DNA of 64,000 nucleotides from positions 47,529-111,528 of the forward strand of contig JAGCOR010000005.1 of assembly GCA_017642585.1 (NCBI GenBank), given 5' to 3'. This document shows, piece by piece, positions 11,403-21,590 of this stretch. The notes below the pieces were generated by a model. That model had not been told where the DNA came from, ran no database searches, and saw only the letters and a list, made by a program, of their open reading frames with translations. Source of the stretch: Alphaproteobacteria bacterium (lineage in GTDB: Bacteria > Pseudomonadota > Alphaproteobacteria > Rs-D84). Each line of letters starts with the position of its first letter. Position 1 is the stretch's first letter. The translations under genes and the position numbers were made by a program.

Positions 11403-12131
11403 ATGTTCGATTTATCAAATAAAGTTGTTTTAATAACTGGTGCCACCGGCGGAATTGGTGGTGTTATCGCACAAAAAATGAAACAAGCTGGCGCAACAGT
11501 TGTTATCAGCGGACGTAATGTTGAAAAATTAAACACCGCTTTTGATGACAGTTTTATCAAAATACCATGTGATTTATCTGCCGAAGACGGCGCAGAAAAA
11601 TTGATTAACGATACAATCGAACGCACAGGCCGTATTGATGTTTTAATCAATAATGCCGGCATCACAGCGGACACTTTGATGATGCGCATGACTGATGAAC
11701 AATTTGATAATGTTATAAATACTAATTTGCGTTCAACTTTCAAAATGTGCCGTGCGGTTATCATGCCTATGATGAAACAAAGATTTGGTCGTATTATAAA
11801 TATGGCATCCATAGTTGGTGTTGTTGGTGGTGCGGGGCAAACAAATTATGCTGCATCCAAAGGTGGTATGATTGCGATGACAAAATCTATCGCAGCAGAG
11901 GTTGCATCACGCGGAATTACTGCGAATGCTGTTGCACCCGGATTTATAAAAACACCTATGACAGATGTATTACCAGAAGAATTAAAGAAAACATATTTAT
12001 CACAAATACCTGCAGGTCGTTTTGGTGAACCGGAAGATGTTGCAAACGCATGTGTGTTTTTAGCATCTGATGAGGCATCTTATATCAATGGCCAAACAAT
12101 TCATGTAAATGGCGGAATGGGTCGCTTTTAA
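11403..12131 (+). CDS. fabG: 3-oxoacyl-ACP reductase
   Basis: [35 protein letters not shown]. Confidence 0.95.
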   Translation: MFDLSNKVVLITGATGGIGGVIAQKMKQAGATVVISGRNVEKLNTAFDDSFIKIPCDLSAEDGAEKLINDTIERTGRIDVLINNAGITADTLMMRMTDEQFDNVINTNLRSTFKMCRAVIMPMMKQRFGRIINMASIVGVVGGAGQTNYAASKGGMIAMTKSIAAEVASRGITANAVAPGFIKTPMTDVLPEELKKTYLSQIPAGRFGEPEDVANACVFLASDEASYINGQTIHVNGGMGRF

Positions 12132-12133
12132 TC

Positions 12134-13786
12134 ATGCAAGAATTTGATGTTATTGTTATCGGTGGCGGACATGCTGGCGTTGAAGCCGCTGGAGCATCTG
12201 CGCGCCGTGGTGCAAAAACATTATTAATTACTATGCGTGAATCTGATATTGGTGCAATGTCTTGCAATCCGTCTATTGGTGGGCCGGGTAAATCTCAAAT
12301 GGTTGCAGAAATGGCTGCGTTTGGTGGTGTTATGCCAATGGCTGCTGATAAATCTGGTATTCATTGGCGAACATTAAATGCAACCCATGGTGCCGCGACC
12401 CAGGCTCTGCGTGCACAAATTGATAGGAATTTTTATCATGATAATGTGATGAAAATTTTAGAAAACACCGGTAATTTGACGGTTGTTTTTGAAAAAGTCA
12501 CCGATTTAGATTTACAAAAAAAATCTGTTAATAATAAATATTTTGGTAAAGCATTGGTTTTAACAACCGGGACTTTCTTGGGTGGTTTGGTAACACGTGG
12601 AAATGAAAAAATTGAATCTGGTCGTTTAATGGATAACGGCGAATACCAAGAAAACGATTCATCTATTTCAAATGTTTTGAAAAAATCTGGATTTGAATTA
12701 TTAAGATTAAAAACCGGAACTCCCGCACGTATTTATCGCGACAGTATAAATTTTGATGTATGCGAAGAACAACCTGGCGATTTTCCACACGATTGGTTTG
12801 CGTTTGGGGATGCGAATAATAATTATACAGAAAAATGTTTTATCACCCACACAAACGAAACAACACATGAAATTATTCGTGAAAATATAAAAAACGCACC
12901 TATGTATAATGGCGATATCAGGGGGCTGGGGCCGCGTTATTGTCCATCCCTGGAAGATAAAGTCATGCGTTTTCCAGAACATACTTCGCATCATGTATTT
13001 TTAGAACCCGAAGGTTTCCACAGCAATATAATTTACCCCAACGGTATTTCAACCAGCTTTGGCGCAGATATTCAAGATAAATGGATTCGCACCATACCAG
13101 GTTTGGAAAATGCAAAAATTGCGCGCTATGGTTATGCGATTGAATATGATGCAATTGATGCACGCAAATTAAAATCAACTTTGGAATCTAAAGATATATC
13201 TGGTTTATTTTTTGCAGGGCAAATAAACGGAACTTCGGGTTACGAAGAAGCCGCGGCCCAGGGTTTAATCGCTGGTGCAAATGCGGCGGCACATGCTTTG
13301 AATCTGGAAAATCTGGAATTAAACAGAACCAATTCTATGATTGGTGTATTGATTGACGACATAACAACATTGGGTGTTGATGAACCATATCGTATGTTTA
13401 CTTCACGTGCAGAATACAGATTAAATCTGCGTGCAGATAATGCGGTGTTCCGTCTGGGCGATATGGGTAATAAATTGGGTTTAATCGACCCAGAATCTTT
13501 GAATAAATTAAAAGAAATTCACGAACAAACCGCAATTGAAAATGATAAATTTTACGCGGGTTATATTTCACGCAACGAGCGCGAAATTGAAAATTACAAA
13601 AGGGATGCCGAATTAAAAATTCCAACAAATTTTGACTATAAATCTTTATCTGGTTTAACCAATGAATTGGTTGAAAAATTAACAAAAACCCGTCCTGAAA
13701 ATATTGCATCACTGTCCAGAATCCCTGGTATGACCCCGGCGGGCATTATTGTTGTTTTACACAAAATTAAAAGTGGAAATAAATAA
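12134..13786 (+). CDS. mnmG: tRNA U34 5-carboxymethylaminomethyl modification enzyme MnmG/GidA
   Basis: [70 protein letters not shown]. Confidence 0.96.
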   Translation: MQEFDVIVIGGGHAGVEAAGASARRGAKTLLITMRESDIGAMSCNPSIGGPGKSQMVAEMAAFGGVMPMAADKSGIHWRTLNATHGAATQALRAQIDRNFYHDNVMKILENTGNLTVVFEKVTDLDLQKKSVNNKYFGKALVLTTGTFLGGLVTRGNEKIESGRLMDNGEYQENDSSISNVLKKSGFELLRLKTGTPARIYRDSINFDVCEEQPGDFPHDWFAFGDANNNYTEKCFITHTNETTHEIIRENIKNAPMYNGDIRGLGPRYCPSLEDKVMRFPEHTSHHVFLEPEGFHSNIIYPNGISTSFGADIQDKWIRTIPGLENAKIARYGYAIEYDAIDARKLKSTLESKDISGLFFAGQINGTSGYEEAAAQGLIAGANAAAHALNLENLELNRTNSMIGVLIDDITTLGVDEPYRMFTSRAEYRLNLRADNAVFRLGDMGNKLGLIDPESLNKLKEIHEQTAIENDKFYAGYISRNEREIENYKRDAELKIPTNFDYKSLSGLTNELVEKLTKTRPENIASLSRIPGMTPAGIIVVLHKIKSGNK

Positions 13787-13812
13787 AAAAATATATTATT
13801 ATTCGGCCATGC

Positions 13813-13888
13813 GCCGGTTTAGCTCAGCTGGTAGAGCATCTCATTCGTAATGAGGGGGTCGTAGGTTCAAGTCCTATAACCGGCACCA
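13813..13888 (+). tRNA. tRNA-Thr(CGT)
   Basis: GCCGGTT/AACCGGC acceptor, TCTCA-TTCGTAA-TGAGG anticodon arm, GGTTCAAGTCC, CCA. Confidence 0.97.
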
Positions 13889-13897
13889 TAAAAATTT

Positions 13898-13932
13898 ATA
13901 GCCCATACTTGTTTTGTATGGGCTGTTTTTTA
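13898..13932 (+). terminator. Intrinsic terminator after tRNA-Thr
   Basis: AGCCCATAC/GTATGGGCT hairpin followed by GTTTTTT. Confidence 0.8.
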
Positions 13933-13942
13933 TCAAACCTAT

Positions 13943-15289
13943 CTAAAAATCTCGTGGATCCTCTTCAAAAAAACGAGATACTATTTCATCTACGTCGTTT
14001 TTATGTTTAACCAAATCTATTTCTGTTGTATCAACATCAGATGGCGCGAGTTCACCATGGTGTGTACGATTTCTAATTTTCTTTGTTTTCATTATTTCAT
14101 CAACATCTTGTTGTGATATAATGGTGTTCAATTTTTTTAATGAATGTTTTGTTTTTGGAAAAAGATAATCTGCCAACATAACTAAATCTTCTGTTGTTTG
14201 TTGAACATCTGCTAAAAAAATATTTCTATCAACATCTATTGAATCTTCAGATATTTGTATAAATTCTTTCAATGAAGACATTATATACATTATACATTTC
14301 GTATATTCAATTAAGTATAATAAACCATATTCATGTAAACAACGTGTGCCCAGACGGAAACCAAATGAGTTTTTATGAGAAAAATCGTCCCTATCTTTGG
14401 TGGCATAAAACAAAATATCTGGGGCGTCACAATAGCCAAAATCATAAGCATAATTGTACAAATTTCGGAGATATTTGTTACGGTCTTTTCTGTACAATTT
14501 TACGCCATAAAATTGAAGTATCTTGTTTAACATTCTTCTTACATTTTCAACAAGTCCGCATAACGGTACCCGCATACTCTGTGTTAGTTTCCACTCTGAT
14601 TCCATCCGATTTGTTGGTGTGGGCGATACTAATTCTGGTTCAAAAAGATTATATATACCAATACATTCTCCCAAACATTTAACAGATTGGTTTAACAGTT
14701 TTAAAAATTCTTCATCGCACGGAATGGTTCGTCTGAATTTCAATCTTTCTGCTTTTGCTTTACGTTCCATATCGGACAAATCTTTATCTTTTTGTACCAA
14801 TATTCGTGAAAGAGTTGATATTCCTTGATTAAAACGTTGTATCATTTGTTTACGTTTTTTATGAGAACATGTATTTGCAGCCTCTACTACTTTTCTCACA
14901 TCAGCGCGCGTGGCAAGAGAATATTCATCTTTATGACACAAAACGTATTTTGCATCAATATGCCTTGGTGTTTTTTTGAATATTCTTAATACACTATCTA
15001 CTTCTTTTTTGCTTGGTAGAAATTCACGCCAAAGAAAATTAGCATCTTTATAATACTTATCATGCCAAAAATATATTACTTGTCGTTTTTTATGTTTAAT
15101 ATCAGAAAGCGCACTAAAAACCCTATCACGTTTAATTTTTGTTAGTTTTAATTCATTATTCGCCTTTTCTAAATCGCTACGAACAGGGTAGTATTCCAAC
15201 GGTAAAACAACAAGTTGCCCTTTTATTTTTTTACCAATAGGGCTATAAGAAATATTCTTTAAAACATAATTTATATACAGTTCTTCCAT
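13943..15289 (-). CDS. Hypothetical helical, basic protein with two RxxxxH (HEPN-like) motifs
   Basis: 448-aa ORF convergent on tRNA-Thr; RDDFSH (aa 300-305) and RNRTHH (aa 406-411); TTAACA-17-TATACT 8 nt before the ATG. Confidence 0.6.
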   Translation of the reverse strand: MEELYINYVLKNISYSPIGKKIKGQLVVLPLEYYPVRSDLEKANNELKLTKIKRDRVFSALSDIKHKKRQVIYFWHDKYYKDANFLWREFLPSKKEVDSVLRIFKKTPRHIDAKYVLCHKDEYSLATRADVRKVVEAANTCSHKKRKQMIQRFNQGISTLSRILVQKDKDLSDMERKAKAERLKFRRTIPCDEEFLKLLNQSVKCLGECIGIYNLFEPELVSPTPTNRMESEWKLTQSMRVPLCGLVENVRRMLNKILQFYGVKLYRKDRNKYLRNLYNYAYDFGYCDAPDILFYATKDRDDFSHKNSFGFRLGTRCLHEYGLLYLIEYTKCIMYIMSSLKEFIQISEDSIDVDRNIFLADVQQTTEDLVMLADYLFPKTKHSLKKLNTIISQQDVDEIMKTKKIRNRTHHGELAPSDVDTTEIDLVKHKNDVDEIVSRFFEEDPRDF

Positions 15290-15342
15290 TTATGGTAAGT
15301 ATACCACAAAGAACCAATATTGTTAAATATTTGTTTTATGGT

Positions 15343-16017
15343 TTATTCTTTTTTATCTTTCGAATTACACCATTTTGCGACTGGGCAATTCGCACAATTT
15401 GGGCGAAGTGCTTTGCATGTATAACGACCATGCAAAACCATTACATGATTTGTAATTGCATGATATTTTTGTGGAATAATTTTCAATAATTTTGTTTCTA
15501 CTTTTTCGGGCGTATTATCGTTTTCATCACACCAACCAAATCGATGCGACAGACGGAAAACGTGAGTATCCACACCTATGTTTGACGCACCCCACAAAAC
15601 ATTAGATATCACATTGGCGGTTTTTTGACCGACCCCTGCTAATTTCATCAATTCATTTCTGTCGTGATATTTTGTTGGGAATTTATAATTTATATCGTCG
15701 CTGTTTTTATCTTGCAATTGTTGCGACAATAAAATTATGTTTTTCGCCTTGTTATTAAAGAAAGAAATTACTTTGATATGTTGTTTTAATCCGTCAATCC
15801 CCAACTTCAGCATTTTATCGGGCGTTGGTGCTATACGGAATAATTCTGGGGTAACTTCGTTAACTTTTTTATCAGTTGCCTGGGCTGATAAAATCACAGC
15901 CACCGCAAATGTAAATTCATTTGTGGAATATAATTCAGACCGGATATTCATATTCAATGTTGGACAAACATTTTCAAAATAAATATCCGGACTAAGAATT
16001 ATTTTTTGTTTACGCAT
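15343..16017 (-). CDS. nth: Endonuclease III
   Basis: VAVILSAQATDKKVN, HhH LAGVGQKTAN, VDTHVFRL, 4Fe-4S motif C..LRPNC.NCPV..WC; start at ATG 16017 overlaps the ileS stop. Confidence 0.93.
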   Translation of the reverse strand: MRKQKIILSPDIYFENVCPTLNMNIRSELYSTNEFTFAVAVILSAQATDKKVNEVTPELFRIAPTPDKMLKLGIDGLKQHIKVISFFNNKAKNIILLSQQLQDKNSDDINYKFPTKYHDRNELMKLAGVGQKTANVISNVLWGASNIGVDTHVFRLSHRFGWCDENDNTPEKVETKLLKIIPQKYHAITNHVMVLHGRYTCKALRPNCANCPVAKWCNSKDKKE

Positions 16018-19000
16018 TTGCTTTTTCAATGTTGATAGACAAATTGTATTCTTCGATTTTATCACTGAATTGATTTGCATCACCGAACGTCATTTCAGTT
16101 ATCAACGCATCATGCATTATGCGTTTTTTGTGTGCTTCTATCGCGTTGTGCAGGGCAACATCAGCGGTATATGTCAATTTTATTCTGTCTGACACATCCA
16201 GATTTGCCGCTTTGCGTGAATCTTGGATGAAACGCAACGCATCATTTACCAAACCTTCTTCTTGTAATTCAGCGTTCAATTCTGTATTCAATACAACGAC
16301 CGCTGTGTTGTCTGGTAATGTTGCACCCGACACACCATCTTTGACGGTTAAACGATTTTCAAATTCGTCGCTGTTCAAAACATATTCACCAACGACCAAT
16401 TTATCATTTTCGATTTTATAATCACCACGTTTTACCATTGGGATAATGTCTTTCAAAGCACCGCCCAAACGTGCACCGATTTTTGGTGTAACCAAATATA
16501 CAAATGAATCAGCCACATCATTTATATTTTCGATGAATTTAACAGCTTTGACATTTAATTCATCTTTGATAATGTCGCCGTATTCACGCATATCAACACC
16601 TGCGATTGTAACATCAGCCAAAGGCAAACGATTACGCAATTTATATTGTTCACGTAATTGTTTACCCACAGACACGATTGATTGAACACGACGCATGTCG
16701 TTTACGATTTTTTCATCAACATCTGTTGCTGTTGGCCAATCTTGTAAATGCACAGATTCTTCGCCTGTTAAATTCTTGAATATATATTCAGCGATAAATG
16801 GTGCAAATGGCGCCAAACATTTACAGAATGTAGTTAACACATAATGTAATGTTTCAAATGCTTCCATATCTTCGTCCCAAAATCTTGTTCTGTTACGACG
16901 TATGTACCAGTTATTCAATATATCCAAAAATCTTACAAATTCTTTAACAGCGATATCTGGTTTGTATTCATCCAATGCAGATGTAGTTGTTTTTATTAAA
17001 TCATTTAATTCAGATATGATGTATTTATCCAATACATTTTCCGAATTCGGTGTTTTTGTTACAACTATGTTTGCCGCGTTCGCATATAATGTAAAGAAAT
17101 GATATGCGTTCCACAAAGGTGTTAATATAGTTTTAATTGTATCATTAAATACAACACCTTCTTTATCAACACTGACTGGTTCGGCCTTCATGAAATTGCT
17201 GCCTTGGATAAACAAACGAACCGCATCTGCACCATATACTTCCAATTGGTCAGATGGGTCGACATAGTTATGCAAAGATTTTGAAAACTTTCTTTTTTGT
17301 TCGTCCAATATCATACCGTTCGCGGAAACTGTCTTGAACGCAGGTTTATCAAACAAAGCAATTGCCATAACCATCAAAGAATAAAACCATCCACGTGTTT
17401 GGTCTTGCCCTTCGATAATGTAATCGGCAGGGAATGTTTTTTCGAACACATCTTTGTTTTCAAACGGATAGTGCAAAGATGCAAATGGCATAGATCCAGA
17501 TTCAACCCAACAATCTAATACGTCAGGTATACGGTGCCATCCGTCTTTTTCCAATTTATCCAATGTTGGACGGTGTAAATCTTTGATTTCAACACCAAAG
17601 AAATCTTCCATTTCTTTGATAGAACCAAATATTTTGTATTCGCCGTCTTTTTCCCAAATTGGTAATGGAACACCCCAGAATCTGTTTCTGGAAATTCCCC
17701 ACGGACGTGCATTTTCAATCCAATCCATAAAACGATTACCTGCAGATGTCCAATTTGTTTGTGTCTTGGTCACTTCAACCAAACGTTCACGAATCTTTGG
17801 AACATCGATATACCAAGAATCAGTTGCACGATATATCAATTTTTCTTTACTGCGTGGACCGAAAGGATAGCTGTGTTTGTGTTGATCTTTTTTAACCAAC
17901 AACCCATTTGCACGCAAATAATCTATGATTTTTGGATTTGCGACAAATATGTTTTCACCCGCCCATTCTTTAACAGTTGAATCAAAATTACCAAATTCAT
18001 CAACGTTCAAGATTATTGGGAAATGTGGTGATATTGCCTTTGCAACAAAATAGTCATCGTCACCATATGCAGGTGCGATATGAACTATACCTGTACCGTC
18101 GCTGTCGCTGACATAATCACCAGGGATTATTTGATATAATAAATCTGACAGACCTTCGTAATAATTAAACAAAGGTTTATAATGCATACCAACCAATTCA
18201 GCACCGCTGACTGTGCCCAGGTTTTCAGATGTAGCAAATATTTTTTCATATGCCTTTAAACGACTTTGTGCCAAAACATAAACATGTCCATCATCATGAC
18301 GCATGCGAACATATGTCATTTTTGGATTCACAGCCAATGCAGAATTCGCAGGCAATGTCCATGGTGTTGTTGTCCATGCAATCGCACGATCACCATTATC
18401 CATTTCAAACCAAACTGTTACAGTGTCATCAACGATGTCTTGGTATTCGCTGGACGCTTCGGAATTCGATAAAACAGTTCCCAATTTCCAATCAAATGGG
18501 TTTACTTTGAAATCTTTATATAACAAACCACGATCATATAATTCTTTCAAAGCCCAGATAACAGATTCCATATAATTGGTATCCATTGTGCGATAGCCCA
18601 AACCTTTACCACCATCAACCCAACGTCCCACACGTTCTATGAAACGAACCCATTCATTTGTATATGTTTCAACATCATCGCGGCACATATCACAGAAAGC
18701 AGCGATACCATCTGTTGCAACTATATCTTTTGCCCTGCGACCTTGCTTTTTTTCAACAGAACTTTCCGCAGGCAATCCATGGCAATCCCAACCCAGTACG
18801 CGTTCTACATATTCGCCACGCATAGTGTGGTATCTGGATACCATATCTTTAATAGCAGAAACACCTAAATGTCCCCAATGTGGTAAACCGTTTCCAAACG
18901 GGGGACCATCATAAAAACTGAACGGATGACCCTGTTTAGTTTTATTCAACGATTTGTGAAATGTGTCATCTTGTCTCCAAAATTCTAATATTTCGTTTTC

Positions 19001-19045
19001 CAATTTTGGAAAATTAGTTTTTGGTTCTGTCTTTGGATATGCCAT
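16010..19045 (-). CDS. ileS: Isoleucyl-tRNA synthetase, type 2 (archaeal/eukaryote-like)
   Basis: FYDGPPF.NGLPHWGH, GWDCHGLP, AWTTTPWTLP, W.ISRNRFWG, LDCWVESGSMP, EGQDQTRGWFY, KFSKS; type-2 C-terminus without a Zn finger. Confidence 0.96.
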   Translation of the reverse strand: MAYPKTEPKTNFPKLENEILEFWRQDDTFHKSLNKTKQGHPFSFYDGPPFGNGLPHWGHLGVSAIKDMVSRYHTMRGEYVERVLGWDCHGLPAESSVEKKQGRRAKDIVATDGIAAFCDMCRDDVETYTNEWVRFIERVGRWVDGGKGLGYRTMDTNYMESVIWALKELYDRGLLYKDFKVNPFDWKLGTVLSNSEASSEYQDIVDDTVTVWFEMDNGDRAIAWTTTPWTLPANSALAVNPKMTYVRMRHDDGHVYVLAQSRLKAYEKIFATSENLGTVSGAELVGMHYKPLFNYYEGLSDLLYQIIPGDYVSDSDGTGIVHIAPAYGDDDYFVAKAISPHFPIILNVDEFGNFDSTVKEWAGENIFVANPKIIDYLRANGLLVKKDQHKHSYPFGPRSKEKLIYRATDSWYIDVPKIRERLVEVTKTQTNWTSAGNRFMDWIENARPWGISRNRFWGVPLPIWEKDGEYKIFGSIKEMEDFFGVEIKDLHRPTLDKLEKDGWHRIPDVLDCWVESGSMPFASLHYPFENKDVFEKTFPADYIIEGQDQTRGWFYSLMVMAIALFDKPAFKTVSANGMILDEQKRKFSKSLHNYVDPSDQLEVYGADAVRLFIQGSNFMKAEPVSVDKEGVVFNDTIKTILTPLWNAYHFFTLYANAANIVVTKTPNSENVLDKYIISELNDLIKTTTSALDEYKPDIAVKEFVRFLDILNNWYIRRNRTRFWDEDMEAFETLHYVLTTFCKCLAPFAPFIAEYIFKNLTGEESVHLQDWPTATDVDEKIVNDMRRVQSIVSVGKQLREQYKLRNRLPLADVTIAGVDMREYGDIIKDELNVKAVKFIENINDVADSFVYLVTPKIGARLGGALKDIIPMVKRGDYKIENDKLVVGEYVLNSDEFENRLTVKDGVSGATLPDNTAVVVLNTELNAELQEEGLVNDALRFIQDSRKAANLDVSDRIKLTYTADVALHNAIEAHKKRIMHDALITEMTFGDANQFSDKIEEYNLSINIEKANA

Positions 19046-19070
19046 GTTTTTTCACCTTTTTATTTGCATT

Positions 19071-19119
19071 AAAAAAGGGCACCCAACGCGCCCCAGCCAC
19101 CGCCAAAGCGCAGTGCCTG
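19071..19119 (-). promoter_or_regulatory. ileS transcription attenuator (terminator/antiterminator)
   Basis: Minus strand terminator GGGCGC-GUUGG-GUGCCC plus U6 (19093-19071). Alternative helix GCGCUUUGG/CUGGGGCGC sequesters the terminator 5' arm. Confidence 0.8.
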
Positions 19120-19152
19120 TTATTTAATGATAATTATTGTTTTTTGTTTCAT
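19120..19152 (-). CDS. ileS leader peptide MKQKTIIIIK
   Basis: ATG AAA CAA AAA ACA ATA ATT ATC ATT AAA TAA has four tandem Ile codons 75 nt upstream of ileS; TTGATT-17-TATAAA lies 7 nt before the ATG. Confidence 0.85.
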   Translation of the reverse strand: MKQKTIIIIK

Positions 19153-19208
19153 GGCACTATTTATACAATGAATTTTTATGAAAATCAAGTTTTATATATA
19201 AATTTTAT

Positions 19209-19240
19209 AAAAAAACCGGTGTTTTTCACACCGGTCTTTT
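19209..19240 (-). terminator. Terminator after pheT
   Basis: ACCGGTGT...ACACCGGT inverted repeat with A7 on the plus strand (U7 on minus). Confidence 0.75.
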
Positions 19241-19253
19241 ATTTCTTGCGATT

Positions 19254-21575
19254 TTATGCACGCAATTTAGCACCACATTTTGATTCAACATTTCTGATAA
19301 CGTTTTCTTGAATCTTTAACAAATCAGTATCTAACATGTTTTGTTCAGGATAAATCGTTATTGTAAATGCAACAGATTTTAATCCGTTTTCCATATCAAA
19401 TGAATCGAATATAACCGCATTTGATATATGTGAATCTGCACCCATTGCTGTCGCAATCATTTTTTGTGATTCATATTTTGCATCGACTACGAAAGCAAAA
19501 TCACGTGTGATTGGCATAAAATCGGTTACAGGTATTTTTTTGTGTTTTGGATTTTTTGGTAAATTTTCTATATCGTCAATCAAACCAATCATCACAGGTG
19601 TTTTTATGTGTAATTGTTTTGCGACAGATGGATGTAATTCACCAAATTGTCCAATGACACGTTGTCCCTGGGTAATTGCACCGTATCTGTATGGGTGTGC
19701 CCAACGTGGCGCATTCTTGGTATCTATATTGAATTTTTGTGAACCCAACAAAGATACAATATCTGATTTTACATCGAATACATCAACAGGGCGATTGCGT
19801 TTTTGCCAATGCTTTGGAGATGTATTCCCGGTGCGAACTATACAAATAGACGTGTGTTGTTCACCTGGTTTATCACCATCAAACACAGCGCCCATTTCAA
19901 ACATATTCAAATCAGAAAAACCACGTTTTTCATTATTTGCCACTGCAATCAATAAATTTCCCAACAAATTATTTCTTGCAGTATCTAAATCAACAATAAT
20001 TGGGTTTGCAACTTTGATTAAAGGTTTATCAGTTACCAATTGTTCAACTTTGGAATTACCAAAACCAAAAGTAATCGCTTCGTTCAAACCTAAATTTGCT
20101 AATTTTTCCTTTAAAGGTATATTCAAATCATTATGTTCCGCAGGAACTGTTTTTTCAGGGACATAATTCAAACCAACCTTGTCATAGCCATAGATACGGA
20201 TTAAATCTGAAACGATATTTTCAGGAATCACAACATCTACACGTTGTGGGTTTGGTGTTATAACCCAATCACCTTTTTTGTTATTGGCAACTTTGAATTG
20301 CAATCTTTCAAGTATTTCACGTTGTGTATCTGCATCCAAAGTTAAACCTGTTTTTTGTTGGAAATATGATGGGTTGTATACGACTGTTTCCGGAACATAT
20401 TTTTCACGTCCCGCCACAGAAACATTTACAATTTCACCACCACATTGATCCATGATGATTTTAGCAGCCAACGCCAAAGCTTTGGCTGTGCCATCTGGGT
20501 TAATACCACGTTCATATCTGTATGAAGAATCTGTTGATATCCCATGACGTTTTGAAGATTTACGAATAAACACAGGATCAAAATATGCAGATTCCAATAT
20601 AATATTTTTGGTTTCATCTGTAGTTGAACCGCGTTCCCCACCAACAACACCAGCCAAAGCCAATATACCGGCATCATCGGTTATAACCAAATCTTTTTCA
20701 CATAACACATGTTCTTTGCCGAACAGGTCTGTAAATGTTTCGCCATCTTTCGCCATACGCACAGTTATATCGCCAACGATTTTATCTGCATCAAAACAAT
20801 GCATAGGTTGTGCCAAATCATAACAGATATAATTAGTAGCATCGATTGCTGTGTTCTTTGGATTTATATCCGCACTGCGCAAACGATTTTGTATTTTATC
20901 AGAGGACGGAACATTTTTAATTCCATGTATTTCACAAAAGCGATATGTTGGACATGCCTTTTCGGCAATCAAATTCACTTTGCGAGAACCAGATTTTAAT
21001 TCCAATTCTTTGATATCTTCTGCGATATATTTACCAGCCCCAGCTGCACTTAAATCCAACGCAATACCACGTACAGATAAATAATCAGGGCGATTTGGTG
21101 TAATAGATGTTTCCAATACTGCAGATGCACTGTTACGCATAGCAGATATAGGTTCGCCGATTTTTTCTTGTTTTTCATCTAATTCGATAATACCGGCATC
21201 ATCATCACCAATTCCCATTTCGGCAGCACTGCACATCATACCGTTTGAATCAACACCGCGTAATTTACCAGGTTGAATTACAAAATCACCGATTTTGCAC
21301 CCTGGCAAAGCCAACGCAGATACCAATCCAACGCGTGCATTTGGTGCACCGCAAACAACCTGGCGCAATTTGCCCGTGCCATCATCAACTTGCAATACAT
21401 GTAAATGATCGCTGTTTGGATGTGGAACACATTCCATAATTTTTGCAGCGATTGGCAAAATTGGTGTTGATAAATCTTCAACTTCCAATCCCACAGCTGT
21501 TAATTTATCAGCAATTTGCTCTGGGGTTAAATCTGTATCTAAATATTCTTTTAACCATTCATAAGACCATTTCAT
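19254..21575 (-). CDS. pheT: Phenylalanyl-tRNA synthetase beta subunit
   Basis: HPNSDHL..VVCGAPN, KLRGVDSNGMMCS, SITPNRPDYLS, STDSSYRYERG, RDFAFVV ferredoxin-fold C-terminus. Confidence 0.96.
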   Translation of the reverse strand: MKWSYEWLKEYLDTDLTPEQIADKLTAVGLEVEDLSTPILPIAAKIMECVPHPNSDHLHVLQVDDGTGKLRQVVCGAPNARVGLVSALALPGCKIGDFVIQPGKLRGVDSNGMMCSAAEMGIGDDDAGIIELDEKQEKIGEPISAMRNSASAVLETSITPNRPDYLSVRGIALDLSAAGAGKYIAEDIKELELKSGSRKVNLIAEKACPTYRFCEIHGIKNVPSSDKIQNRLRSADINPKNTAIDATNYICYDLAQPMHCFDADKIVGDITVRMAKDGETFTDLFGKEHVLCEKDLVITDDAGILALAGVVGGERGSTTDETKNIILESAYFDPVFIRKSSKRHGISTDSSYRYERGINPDGTAKALALAAKIIMDQCGGEIVNVSVAGREKYVPETVVYNPSYFQQKTGLTLDADTQREILERLQFKVANNKKGDWVITPNPQRVDVVIPENIVSDLIRIYGYDKVGLNYVPEKTVPAEHNDLNIPLKEKLANLGLNEAITFGFGNSKVEQLVTDKPLIKVANPIIVDLDTARNNLLGNLLIAVANNEKRGFSDLNMFEMGAVFDGDKPGEQHTSICIVRTGNTSPKHWQKRNRPVDVFDVKSDIVSLLGSQKFNIDTKNAPRWAHPYRYGAITQGQRVIGQFGELHPSVAKQLHIKTPVMIGLIDDIENLPKNPKHKKIPVTDFMPITRDFAFVVDAKYESQKMIATAMGADSHISNAVIFDSFDMENGLKSVAFTITIYPEQNMLDTDLLKIQENVIRNVESKCGAKLRA

Positions 21576-21590
21576 TTTTTACCCCCTTGA

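Noticed and set aside
13889-15342. tRNA-Thr-integrated island or Cas13 locus
   Set aside because: No duplicated tRNA-Thr 3' end, integrase or repeat array was seen, and the protein is far shorter than Cas13.
19046-19200. T-box riboswitch upstream of ileS or metG
   Set aside because: The leaders are too short and lack the UGGNACC T-box bulge; a leader-peptide model fits better.
19507-20166. Long antisense ORFs (also 37701-38258, 49723-50226, 51985-52569, 54638-55174, 56290-56775)
   Set aside because: They lie opposite or out of frame within well-supported genes, with shadow-like composition and no motifs.
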